Positions 34,782 to 42,820 of a stretch of 64,000 nucleotides of DNA are shown here, one piece after another. A model generated the notes under the pieces. It was not told the DNA's origin, ran no database searches, and saw only the letters and a list, made by a program, of their open reading frames with translations. This DNA comes from Bacilli bacterium (lineage in GTDB: Bacteria; Bacillota_I; Bacilli_A; RFN20; CAG-826). The first letter of the stretch is position 1; every line of letters begins with the position of its first letter. Position numbers and translations under genes: made by a program. The stretch lies in contig JAGAYY010000025.1 of the NCBI GenBank assembly GCA_017940265.1, positions 256,711 through 320,710 on the forward strand, in the 5' to 3' direction.

Positions 34782-35272
34782 TGAGGTTCTTTAAAGAAAT
34801 CTGGACATTTATTCAGCTATTCTTTACTGGAATGGATAAGAGTAAGACTGAATTAGAGCCCTGGGGAGTTAAGTATATACTTTCTGGGAAATACAAATAT
34901 ATGTGTTGGTGTGGTAGAGTATTATTCCACCTAGAGAAACCAGAAGAAGGTATCTTGGTAGGTGAGGATAAAAATCATGAGACTCTTCACCTAATACAAG
35001 CTCATGATTCCGGTTCTTGGATTAAGTATTACTGGGGTTACCTCATTGAATGGCTAAAAGGTGGTGGTCCGTTCTCTAAAAAGTCTTATTATGTCGGAAA
35101 ATATGAGGTAGAGGCATATGCTAAGGAAGGAGATGACACCTATATCTCAAGGAGACCAGCCGGAAACGTAGATAAATTCATTCTTAAAGATAAAACCCAA
35201 GAATGGAAGAACGGTCGGAAGAGTTCTTATCTCTTCAAACTCTACATTAAAGAAAAATTTAAAGATATATGA
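34781..35272 (+). CDS. putative HExxH zinc-metallopeptidase-like protein
   Basis: DKNHETLHLIQAHD (HExxH), plus downstream YEVEAYA glutamate block. Confidence 0.6.
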   Translation: MRFFKEIWTFIQLFFTGMDKSKTELEPWGVKYILSGKYKYMCWCGRVLFHLEKPEEGILVGEDKNHETLHLIQAHDSGSWIKYYWGYLIEWLKGGGPFSKKSYYVGKYEVEAYAKEGDDTYISRRPAGNVDKFILKDKTQEWKNGRKSSYLFKLYIKEKFKDI

Positions 35273-35583
35273 TTATCAAACGCTTTTCCCGTTCTAATGA
35301 AGATCTTGAGAAGTTAAGTGATTATGAACTTACCAAGATAATTAAGAAAGGAGAAAATAGACATAAAACAACTCGGGATTTAGGCACCGCATCTGGACTA
35401 GTAGGGGCAGCTATAGCGGGAAACCTAGCTAAGCGAGATCTAATCAATGCGGCTGGTGCTGGTTTTATGGTTGGTGCGATTCCGGGTCTAGTAGCTGGTA
35501 TTAAAAGTGGTAAAAAGAAAAAGGAAGAGGCTGAAACTGCTACTAAAATTCTAAGAAAAAGGAGAAATAAAAATGATAATTAA
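35269..35583 (+). CDS. leader-bearing Gly/Ala-rich protein
   Basis: MIIKRFS; SGLVGAAIAGNLA..AAGAGFMVGAIPGLVAGI. Confidence 0.7.
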   Translation: MIIKRFSRSNEDLEKLSDYELTKIIKKGENRHKTTRDLGTASGLVGAAIAGNLAKRDLINAAGAGFMVGAIPGLVAGIKSGKKKKEEAETATKILRKRRNKNDN

Positions 35584-35989
35584 ACGTCAGAAAACATTTG
35601 GAGTTAAATCAAAAGCTCTCGGTTTATTAGCCCCAGGTTCTTATCAAGCCAAAGAAGCTGCTAAGTATGGTTACGATGAGGACGAATATAAGAAAAAAAG
35701 AGCTGGATATGCACTTAAGGGACTTTTTGCACCAGGAACAAGTACCTATATGAAAAAGAAAGCTCAAGAAATGCATGAGGAAGGTAAATCTCAAAAAGAA
35801 ATTCGTAACTTTCTTGAAAATAAAGGAAAGCATAAGAGTTCTGGACGTGTGGCTGCTGGAGTTGCTGAAGCCTTAACAGGTAGTGCTGGTGGTGTTGGTC
35901 ATACAATTGCTCAAGGTGTCGGTATCTATGATAAAGTAACCGGACATAGAGTTAAATATAAGAAGAAAAATGCTAGTCCTAAGAAATAA
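35573..35989 (+). CDS. leader-bearing protein
   Basis: MIIKRQKTFG; VAAGVAEALTGSAGGVGHTIAQGVG. Confidence 0.7.
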   Translation: MIIKRQKTFGVKSKALGLLAPGSYQAKEAAKYGYDEDEYKKKRAGYALKGLFAPGTSTYMKKKAQEMHEEGKSQKEIRNFLENKGKHKSSGRVAAGVAEALTGSAGGVGHTIAQGVGIYDKVTGHRVKYKKKNASPKK

Positions 35990-36392
35990 AAAGCCTATCA
36001 GAAAAATAGGTGGAATATATTGCTTCAAGGCTAATACATCGAATGAAATAATAATTGAACATATCTTGCGTGACTTTGCTCTTAAACTCTATGGGATAAT
36101 GAAAGAATACTATGACCCTAGAGTTGGTTGTTCTAGTCTTTGTACTTATGAGATCTTCGATAAACACTGGGGACTTGATGATCCAGGTGATGTTTCTAGT
36201 ACAGGGCAAGAAATCTATAGTGAGATACCTTCGGAGAAAGTTGCAGGCTACATAAGAGAACTCGATCCTAATTTCTCTAAGGAAACCGTCCGAAGATCTT
36301 TTGATGGTGGCGAATTTCCAATCATCAAGATATGGAAAGGCTATCATGAGGGGAGAAATGAGATTCACGTTACTTATCATATTTGCAGATGA
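35970..36392 (+). CDS. hypothetical protein
   Basis: 140-aa ORF. Confidence 0.65.
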   Translation: MLVLRNKKPIRKIGGIYCFKANTSNEIIIEHILRDFALKLYGIMKEYYDPRVGCSSLCTYEIFDKHWGLDDPGDVSSTGQEIYSEIPSEKVAGYIRELDPNFSKETVRRSFDGGEFPIIKIWKGYHEGRNEIHVTYHICR

Positions 36393-36532
36393 TAGTTTTA
36401 AGACAACAAAATTATAGTAAAAAACGATATGAGGATGTTATACCTTTTGGAAATACTAAGAAAAAAGATAAACCGAAAGAGTATAAAACAAAAAGTCCAG
36501 AAACAGATAAACCCTTGGAACAGTTTGAATAA
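36389..36532 (+). CDS. leader-bearing 47-aa basic protein (below ORF-track cutoff)
   Basis: Own translation MIVLRQQNYSKKRYEDVIPFGNTKKKDKPKEYKTKSPETDKPLEQFE*; ATGA overlap with the upstream stop. Confidence 0.45.
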   Translation: MIVLRQQNYSKKRYEDVIPFGNTKKKDKPKEYKTKSPETDKPLEQFE

Positions 36533-36540
36533 AATCTATT

Positions 36541-36597
36541 CTCTTGTAGCGATCACCTCTTTTATACCGGATCTACTCTTCGATGAGACTACAAGAG
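36541..36597 (+). promoter_or_regulatory. late-region hairpin element S1
   Basis: 9-bp stem CTCTTGTAG/CTACAAGAG closing a loop that ends in CTACTCTTCGATGAG; TATAAT lies 4 nt downstream. Confidence 0.6.
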
Positions 36598-36715
36598 CTG
36601 TTATAATCCTTGCTCGATAAGATATGAAAGTTAGGAATTAAGGAGCGGGAGTATCAAAGTCAGCGCTCCTTATTTTACTTTCAAAATTCTATCGAGCCTT
36701 AAAACCAGAATGAAT

Positions 36716-36904
36716 ATGAAAATAAAACGTAAGAATTTCGCTGTTAAAGTAATTAGCGATGATCTAATTAAGAAACAAGTAGCGGCAGAAGTCAAGAAAA
36801 GTACAGATTGGATATTAAAAAATAAACCATCCATAAAATTCCTTCGACCTGCCACTAAGAAGAGTAGTTGGTTTAGTAAGAAGGAAGGAGAAAAAGATGA
36901 ATAA
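36716..36904 (+). CDS. leader-bearing small basic protein
   Basis: MKIKRKNFA (longest ORF starts at 36710); overlaps the terL start by 8 nt. Confidence 0.55.
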   Translation: MKIKRKNFAVKVISDDLIKKQVAAEVKKSTDWILKNKPSIKFLRPATKKSSWFSKKEGEKDE

Positions 36905-37538
36905 CCTAGATTTTATAGATCATTCCCCCAAGTTTGATCCTTTGGCAAGTGAAAGGGAAATAGATAATGCTTCCCTTGAAAAACAATACGCATCTTTAAG
37001 TGAAGAAGAAAAAAATTTAGTTTATGCTAAACTGAATGGCTATAGGTATATTCCACCAACTATACGTCAAATGTGGGAAGACACTTATTTTTTAGGTGGA
37101 GAAGCTTTTTACAATAAAGGTATTGCATTATTTGATTACTGGAAAAAAGTTCTTGAGGATGATATATTCAGTGGTCCTTTTTTTATAAAGAAGAACTATA
37201 TAGTAGCTAGTGGTGCTATAGGAATTGGCAAAAGTACGTTCGCTAGGTTATGCTGGATGGAGAATCACGCTAGAATGCTTTCAATGCGTCAGCCCTATAG
37301 TACTCTTAAGATTGTTCCAAAAACACTAAGTTATGTAATAATGCATAAATCTGAAGAAACTGCAATTGTAGAGTTTAAGAGATGGTTTTTAAGAGACGTT
37401 ATGGAATTATCTCCATTTTTTAAAAATGTCAAAAACGAAAATTTTAAATTCAAAGTAATTTGTAGCGGTCCAAGAGGTGTAGCAGGATTAGGTAGTGATA
37501 GAAATGTCGTCTATATTGGTAACAGTATAGATTATTAG
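36897..37538 (+). CDS. terL: terminase large subunit, N-terminal (ATPase) part
   Basis: Walker A VASGAIGIGKSTFA. The frame ends at TAG 37536-38, before any Walker B or nuclease domain. Confidence 0.85.
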   Translation: MNNLDFIDHSPKFDPLASEREIDNASLEKQYASLSEEEKNLVYAKLNGYRYIPPTIRQMWEDTYFLGGEAFYNKGIALFDYWKKVLEDDIFSGPFFIKKNYIVASGAIGIGKSTFARLCWMENHARMLSMRQPYSTLKIVPKTLSYVIMHKSEETAIVEFKRWFLRDVMELSPFFKNVKNENFKFKVICSGPRGVAGLGSDRNVVYIGNSIDY

Positions 37539-37755
37539 TGGGCAAAAACGGTGAAAGGTGTGATTCCTAATACCGTGCTAATTTAAAAGTTAACATATTT
37601 AAATAGTGTAACGAGTAGGCAGTGAAACTTTTATAAAGAATATAATCTGCCCAAGAGTGTCCGCCATCCTTCCTAGGAAGGATGAAAATGTACTCTGAAC
37701 TAATGCGAACAAGAAGTATTAGAACTACAAGATAAATAGCTTGTAGGATAACATA
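37539..37755 (+). mobile_element. structured insertion in terL: candidate ORF-less group I intron
   Basis: No ORF. Nested perfect helices: 37548-52/37572-76, 37618-22/37647-51, 37654-58/37692-96, 37665-73/37676-84 (9 bp), 37700-04/37718-22, 37725-31/37740-46 (7 bp). The boundaries are only the ORF limits, not mapped splice sites. Confidence 0.5.
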
Positions 37756-39060
37756 TTGGTTATTTTTTACCTAATAAGTGAATCTAATTTCTGGACCCCA
37801 TCTGAATTAGCTTTTGATAAGATTTCAACCGCCTTAATAAGATTTAAATCAAGATTTAACTCAGATACTCTACAAAATGTAGGACAAATTATCATTGACT
37901 CTTCTGCTAAAGGTGTACTAGATAGTACAAAGTGGTTTGTTGAGAATTCAGATCCTAAATATACCTGGTTTGATAGTCCTGCTCACTACGAAGTTAGGCC
38001 CCAAGATTATAAGGAGTCAGATGGAAAAACGTTTAAAGTATTTACCGGTAGTGGAAAATATCCGCCTCAAATATTGGCTAATGATGATAACCCTGACCCT
38101 TCTATATATGATCCCGATAAAATAATAAAAGTACCTATTCAATTATTACGCGACTATAAAAGAGCTTTAGTAAAAAGTTTACAGGATTATTCAGGTATTA
38201 GTACTGGAAGTACTGATTCTTTCTTCGGTGGAAATATTAAACACATTGTTGAATCTTCTACTATAATAAATAGAATTCCTGAAATAATAACCGTAGATTT
38301 TTATGATAAAACAGACAGGCTCTTAGATCATATATGGCCAATGTTATCTTTACTTCCTTATAAAACTCCAATTTGGTTAGGACTTGACCTTAGTTATGCT
38401 AAAGGAGGAGATAAAACAGGAATAGCTATATCTACATTTGAGGGCTGGGAAATAATAAACGGCACTAAACTTCCAAAAATGGCTGTTAGATTAATTGTAG
38501 CTATCCAAAATAAAGAAGGTCAAGAAATATCATTATTCCACATAGAACAGCTAATAATGGATTTACATAAGAGATTTAATCTAACAGTAAATGCAGATGC
38601 TGCATATTCTAGACAAATCTTACAAGCTTGCGATAGGGAAGGAATTAATAATAATGGTAGAATATCAACTGATATTGTTCCATGTGAGCCAGCACTTTAT
38701 ACAAAATCTGCAATAAATGGTGGACAAGTTCAACTAGTCATACATAAAAGATTTCAGAGAGAAGCTTATGATTTATATTATACAGAAAAAGGGAAAGTAG
38801 ATCACCCTAAAAAAGCTTCTATTAGTAATGACTTTGACAATCCACCAGGTAATCCAACTCCAGAAAAAGGAAGTAAGGACTGTTGGGATGCAGTATGTCA
38901 AAGCTTATATGGTATCAAACTAAGTATTGATGCCGGAGACGAATATGGAATGAATGGCGGATATTATAAAGAACTACAGGTAATGAATAAAGTGACTGAT
39001 GACCCAAGAGAAAGATCTAGAGAAATAGTTCAATCTATGATGGAGTCAGTATTCGATTAA
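37756..39060 (+). CDS. terL: terminase large subunit, C-terminal part (rest of ATPase + RNase H-like nuclease)
   Basis: ..VIFYLISESNFW.., nuclease acidic blocks WLGLDLSYAKGGDKTGIAI, VNADAAYS, KDCWDAV. The frame is open from 37747, and the 'start' at 37756 is a TTG artefact. Confidence 0.85.
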   Translation: MVIFYLISESNFWTPSELAFDKISTALIRFKSRFNSDTLQNVGQIIIDSSAKGVLDSTKWFVENSDPKYTWFDSPAHYEVRPQDYKESDGKTFKVFTGSGKYPPQILANDDNPDPSIYDPDKIIKVPIQLLRDYKRALVKSLQDYSGISTGSTDSFFGGNIKHIVESSTIINRIPEIITVDFYDKTDRLLDHIWPMLSLLPYKTPIWLGLDLSYAKGGDKTGIAISTFEGWEIINGTKLPKMAVRLIVAIQNKEGQEISLFHIEQLIMDLHKRFNLTVNADAAYSRQILQACDREGINNNGRISTDIVPCEPALYTKSAINGGQVQLVIHKRFQREAYDLYYTEKGKVDHPKKASISNDFDNPPGNPTPEKGSKDCWDAVCQSLYGIKLSIDAGDEYGMNGGYYKELQVMNKVTDDPRERSREIVQSMMESVFD

Positions 39061-39093
39061 AGTGTAATAAGGTAGTTATGCACTAAATAAACT

Positions 39094-40965
39094 ATGAAAT
39101 TGAAAACTAATAAACATAAGATTATGAATAAAGTAAATTGGAAAAATGAATTATCTAAACTTCGAGAATATATTGAAGTGAAACATATGACATTCGAGGA
39201 GGTTGGAAAAATATATAATAAGCCTAAAGGACAAATCGAAGTTGTATGTATAAGATATGGTATTAAATATGCCCATAGAAAAGTTTTCCCTTGGAGAGAA
39301 GATGAAATAAATACTGTCAAAGAGGAATTGCTTAAAGGTAAAACCTATGAAGAAATTTCTGAGTTACTACCAGGGAGAACCAAAAATGCGGTAAAGTCTC
39401 TTTATGAATATCATAGTAAGGAATTAAATTTAGTAAAACCTAAAAAACCAAATGGTATTACTAGTGAAAATGAAATAAAAATAAAGGAACTAGTATTAGA
39501 TGGTTATCCTGACCCTTGGATAAAACAATTAACTGGAGTATCTACTGATTGGATTTTAAAAGTAAAAGAAAAATACAATATTATTCAACCTAGTATAGAA
39601 GAACTACAAGATAAAGGTATATTTTTTACTAGTACTCCTAATATTACGCGTATAGAAACTGAATTGACTAAAGAAAAATTAATTTTATTACTGAATGACA
39701 ACGTTTCTATATGTGAAATGTCCAGAAGATATAGTATAAATATAAACACTATAAGAAATTTAGTAAGACGCCTTGGTTGGAAAGATGAAAAACTTGCATC
39801 TGCTAAAAATCTTAAACGCAAATTATATAAAGAGATACATGGGATAATAAATCCTACAGAAAAGCAACTTAATAAATCTTTCTTAAGCATATTTACTAGA
39901 GATTATATTCTAGATCTTCTCATAAGAAATGAATATAGTCTTAAGAAATGTTCATTAGAGCTTGATAATATAGATCCGAAATGTATATCTAGTGCTATAA
40001 AGAAATATAATATTGATATACCAGAAGATTTTGATTATAAAAGAAAATTTGGTCCATCATTTCAAAGTAGAATGGAGAACAATAGGAAAGAGTTTAGAGA
40101 ATATATGAATATTTATTTTCCGGATTATGAAATTATAGAAGATTATATTGGATCAGAAGAACATATAAAGCTAAGATGCAAAATACATCCGGAAGAAATT
40201 ATAGTAACCACTCCTTACTCTATAAAAACTATATTTACTTTACATGATGAAAACGGAAATATAATAGGAACTAAGCACCTCTGCAAAAAGTGTAAAGACC
40301 TAGAAGAAATCGCTAAAAAACTAACTGTTATTAAAAAAGAAATAGAAGAAACTTTTCCTGGTAAATTTGATCTTTCTGAATCAACTATAGAAAAAGTTTT
40401 TGTTTCTGAAAAATCTGGGCATAAATTAGTACTTACTAATATAAAATGCAATAAATGTGGTAATGTGTTTAAAGCAGATATTTATGACATTAGAAACAGT
40501 GGAGTTTGTAAGTTCTGTGATCTAAAATCTTCTGGAGAAATAAAAACAAAAACAGTTCTAGATAGACTTGGGATAAGCTATACAGAACAAAAATTAAACA
40601 ATCATGCAGTTCCCAAAGAAATAAGATCAATGGGTATATTTATAGATTTTTGTTTGGAGTATAATGGAAAAGAAATATGGATTGAATATAATGGTTCTCA
40701 ACATTATAAGTTTTCCACTAAATTTCATCAGAATATGGATGAATTTAAAAATAATATTCTACGTGATCTTTATGAGAGAAAATATTGTGAAGAGAATGGA
40801 ATACTTCTTATAGAAATACCATATACTTTCGATACTATAGATAAAATCCAAAATCTCTTACAGAAGGTAATTATTGATGGTCAGGATATAAATACTATCA
40901 TTGACTATAAACCTTTCTATGAGAAGATTAATAAACTTGGTGGTATATATGCAAATAATACGTAA
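39094..40965 (+). CDS. free-standing homing-endonuclease-like protein (multi-HTH + Zn-ribbons + PD-(D/E)XK/Vsr-like C-terminus)
   Basis: At least 5 HTH-like modules (e.g. MTFEEVGKIYNKPKGQIEVVCIRYGI; VSICEMSRRYSININTIRNLVRRLGW). CKKC/CNKCG..CKFC. C-terminus SSGEIKTKTVLDRLGI..FIDFCL..IWIEYNGSQHY. Markedly more AT-rich than terL. Confidence 0.6.
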   Translation: MKLKTNKHKIMNKVNWKNELSKLREYIEVKHMTFEEVGKIYNKPKGQIEVVCIRYGIKYAHRKVFPWREDEINTVKEELLKGKTYEEISELLPGRTKNAVKSLYEYHSKELNLVKPKKPNGITSENEIKIKELVLDGYPDPWIKQLTGVSTDWILKVKEKYNIIQPSIEELQDKGIFFTSTPNITRIETELTKEKLILLLNDNVSICEMSRRYSININTIRNLVRRLGWKDEKLASAKNLKRKLYKEIHGIINPTEKQLNKSFLSIFTRDYILDLLIRNEYSLKKCSLELDNIDPKCISSAIKKYNIDIPEDFDYKRKFGPSFQSRMENNRKEFREYMNIYFPDYEIIEDYIGSEEHIKLRCKIHPEEIIVTTPYSIKTIFTLHDENGNIIGTKHLCKKCKDLEEIAKKLTVIKKEIEETFPGKFDLSESTIEKVFVSEKSGHKLVLTNIKCNKCGNVFKADIYDIRNSGVCKFCDLKSSGEIKTKTVLDRLGISYTEQKLNNHAVPKEIRSMGIFIDFCLEYNGKEIWIEYNGSQHYKFSTKFHQNMDEFKNNILRDLYERKYCEENGILLIEIPYTFDTIDKIQNLLQKVIIDGQDINTIIDYKPFYEKINKLGGIYANNT

Positions 40966-41434
40966 CTTTAAGTGTTCGGCCTGTGGAGAATGCTGCCGAC
41001 ACATATCACACGTTCTTCCTGAGTATGACATCGGGAATGGGACTTGTTGCTGGCTAGATCAGAGCACTAATCTTTGTCGAATCTACCAAAAGAGGCCATT
41101 GATCTGTCGTGTGAAAGAATATTGGCAGCAAATTCTCAGGCCGGAAGGAATAAGTTGGGAAGATTGGTGCCGTGAAAATTATAAAGCTTGTGCGAGGATG
41201 AAGAAGAAAACAAACATAATCCAGGCTATCTTATCTATTTCAGAGGGATTAGATAAGAACAAAGATTATGGGGATGATAAGGTCTCTATAACTTGGCAAC
41301 CTAATCCCGGAAGATGGTGTGTTAATATAGGGGACTTTGAGTTTGGAACCCTGACAGAACAATATCTTACCCAACTCCCAGAAGATAAAGTGATGGAGAT
41401 CTGGGAAAGACTAAATAAAAAAGACCAGACTTAA
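40949..41434 (+). CDS. YkgJ/CxxCxxCC-family zinc/iron-chelating protein
   Basis: MQIIRNFKCSACGECCRH..C..CRIYQKRPLICR; start at ATG 40949 (longest ORF starts at 40901). Confidence 0.7.
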   Translation: MQIIRNFKCSACGECCRHISHVLPEYDIGNGTCCWLDQSTNLCRIYQKRPLICRVKEYWQQILRPEGISWEDWCRENYKACARMKKKTNIIQAILSISEGLDKNKDYGDDKVSITWQPNPGRWCVNIGDFEFGTLTEQYLTQLPEDKVMEIWERLNKKDQT

Positions 41435-41547
41435 TACGTCTGGCTCCCTTGGGTTTTAAATCCCATAACCTTAGTACAGAGACCTATAATCTCTGGTACT
41501 CTCGGATCTTTCTTACATATATAGGGTTCCTGAGACGATCCAAATTT

Positions 41548-41590
41548 CCTCATGCGTCTTCTGGTGACTACTCTTCGATGAGACATGAGG
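41548..41590 (+). promoter_or_regulatory. late-region hairpin element S2
   Basis: 7-bp stem CCTCATG/CATGAGG closing a loop that ends in CTACTCTTCGATGAG; TATAAT lies 6 nt downstream. Confidence 0.6.
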
Positions 41591-41845
41591 AACAATTATA
41601 ATAAACTTAAAAATATGATTACAGGAGAAACTACCTTATGTGTTTTGCGTCACGGGAATACATACGCAACAATCCTCAAGACTACAGAAGATACTTATGA
41701 TGTCTATAGAGGAAATGACTTAATGTATGAAGAAGTAACATACACCGAAGCCTGCGAGTTCTACAAAGCTTTTATGGCTACTAAATCACTAAACCATTCA
41801 GAAGAGATTATATGTATAACAAAGAAACAACCCATATTATCCTAG
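41585..41845 (+). CDS. hypothetical protein
   Basis: 86-aa ORF; alternative start at 41615, because ATG 41585 sits in the S2 stem. Confidence 0.55.
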   Translation: MRNNYNKLKNMITGETTLCVLRHGNTYATILKTTEDTYDVYRGNDLMYEEVTYTEACEFYKAFMATKSLNHSEEIICITKKQPILS

Positions 41846-42498
41846 GAACAGCTCACCTAGGTTCTACCCCAGGAAAATGTAGTCCAGATTCTAAATTCAG
41901 AGAAGCAGTATGGAGTAGAGAAATTATTGCTGAACTTGCCCCTGCCCTTGAAAGTTATGGTTGGACGGTACATGTTGATTATCCCTCAATGCTTCCCGGT
42001 CCTGCTCTCAAAGACAAAGACCCAAAGAAAGAACAATCCAAAGAACTTCAGTATAGGGTTGGATTCGTTAACGGTCTTTGCAAACGACATGGCAAAGAGA
42101 ATTGTATCTACGTGTCAATTCATGTTAATGGAGCTGGAAATGGAGGGAAATGGTTAGGAGCTAGAGGATGGAGCGCTTATACTTCTCCGGGGCAAACAAA
42201 AAGTGATATCCTAGCCTCTGACTTATACTGGGCCGCTACCAAAAATATTGTCCCTGATTACTCTAAAACTGGTGAATGGGTCGGAAGTCAGAAACCTATC
42301 AGGACAGATCTCTCAGATGGTGACCCCGATCTAGAAGAGAGATTATATGTTCTTACTAAAACCCTCTGTCCTGCCGTCCTAACCGAAAATCTCTTCCAGG
42401 ATAATAAGGACGATGTCAGTTTCCTTACCTCAGATCTAGGCCGACAATTAATCCTGAGGACTCATGTAGAAGGAATATTACGATTCTTAGAACGATAA
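41812..42498 (+). CDS. N-acetylmuramoyl-L-alanine amidase (Amidase_3 type endolysin)
   Basis: IILGTAHLGSTPGKCSPD.., YVSIHVNGAGNGG, GWSAYTSPGQTKSD, AVLTENLFQDNKDD. Confidence 0.9.
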   Translation: MYNKETTHIILGTAHLGSTPGKCSPDSKFREAVWSREIIAELAPALESYGWTVHVDYPSMLPGPALKDKDPKKEQSKELQYRVGFVNGLCKRHGKENCIYVSIHVNGAGNGGKWLGARGWSAYTSPGQTKSDILASDLYWAATKNIVPDYSKTGEWVGSQKPIRTDLSDGDPDLEERLYVLTKTLCPAVLTENLFQDNKDDVSFLTSDLGRQLILRTHVEGILRFLER

Positions 42499-42820
42499 TT
42501 ACAAGATGATAGATTTCCATTTTCTCTCGCGCCAGGGGAACCGGAAAGGGAGCCCCTTAATGCCTATCTGCCGATGACGGCATTAAGGCCGCTACGCGGA
42601 AGGCTAAAGCCATTGAACTCCTCTCCCTAATTCCAATTTTTCTAATTTTTTGGTGCCAAAATAATATATTAAACCAATTACAGTAAAAATTGCGTTATAA
42701 ATAGAAATTTCACGCCTCAGAGAAGCTCAAATCCTAATATGTGATGTAGAGAATCGGGCTTCCCCGATTCCCTTGGCCGGTTTATTGGCCAAGGAATTAA
42801 CTTTAAATATAAAACATATT
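42499..42820 (+). promoter_or_regulatory. structured upstream/leader region of SF2-like paralog 2
   Basis: GC-rich island with a 10-bp hairpin (42555-64/42579-88). Block 42708-42737 is conserved with 16655-16686. Two perfect 8-bp hairpins (42751-70, 42771-94) lie just before ATG 42821. Confidence 0.45.

Noticed and set aside
36429-36620. 63-aa ORF across the S1 hairpin
   Set aside because: It runs through the conserved hairpin, whose 15-mer core is read in different frames at the other copies. A better-coupled 47-aa ORF (36389-36532) explains the upstream part.
37536-37590. Stop-codon reassignment (TAG read-through) as the explanation for the terL break
   Set aside because: An in-frame TAA follows the TAG 17 codons later. 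The downstream terL half is in a different frame. No other gene in the window needs recoding.
41415-41490. Possible tRNA (6-bp stem with 7-nt loop TTAATAC, followed by a GGGTTTTAAATCCC T-arm-like sequence)
   Set aside because: No acceptor or D arms can be drawn. The T-stem pairs poorly. The 5' half would lie inside the 40949-41434 coding sequence. It is more likely a terminator-type hairpin.
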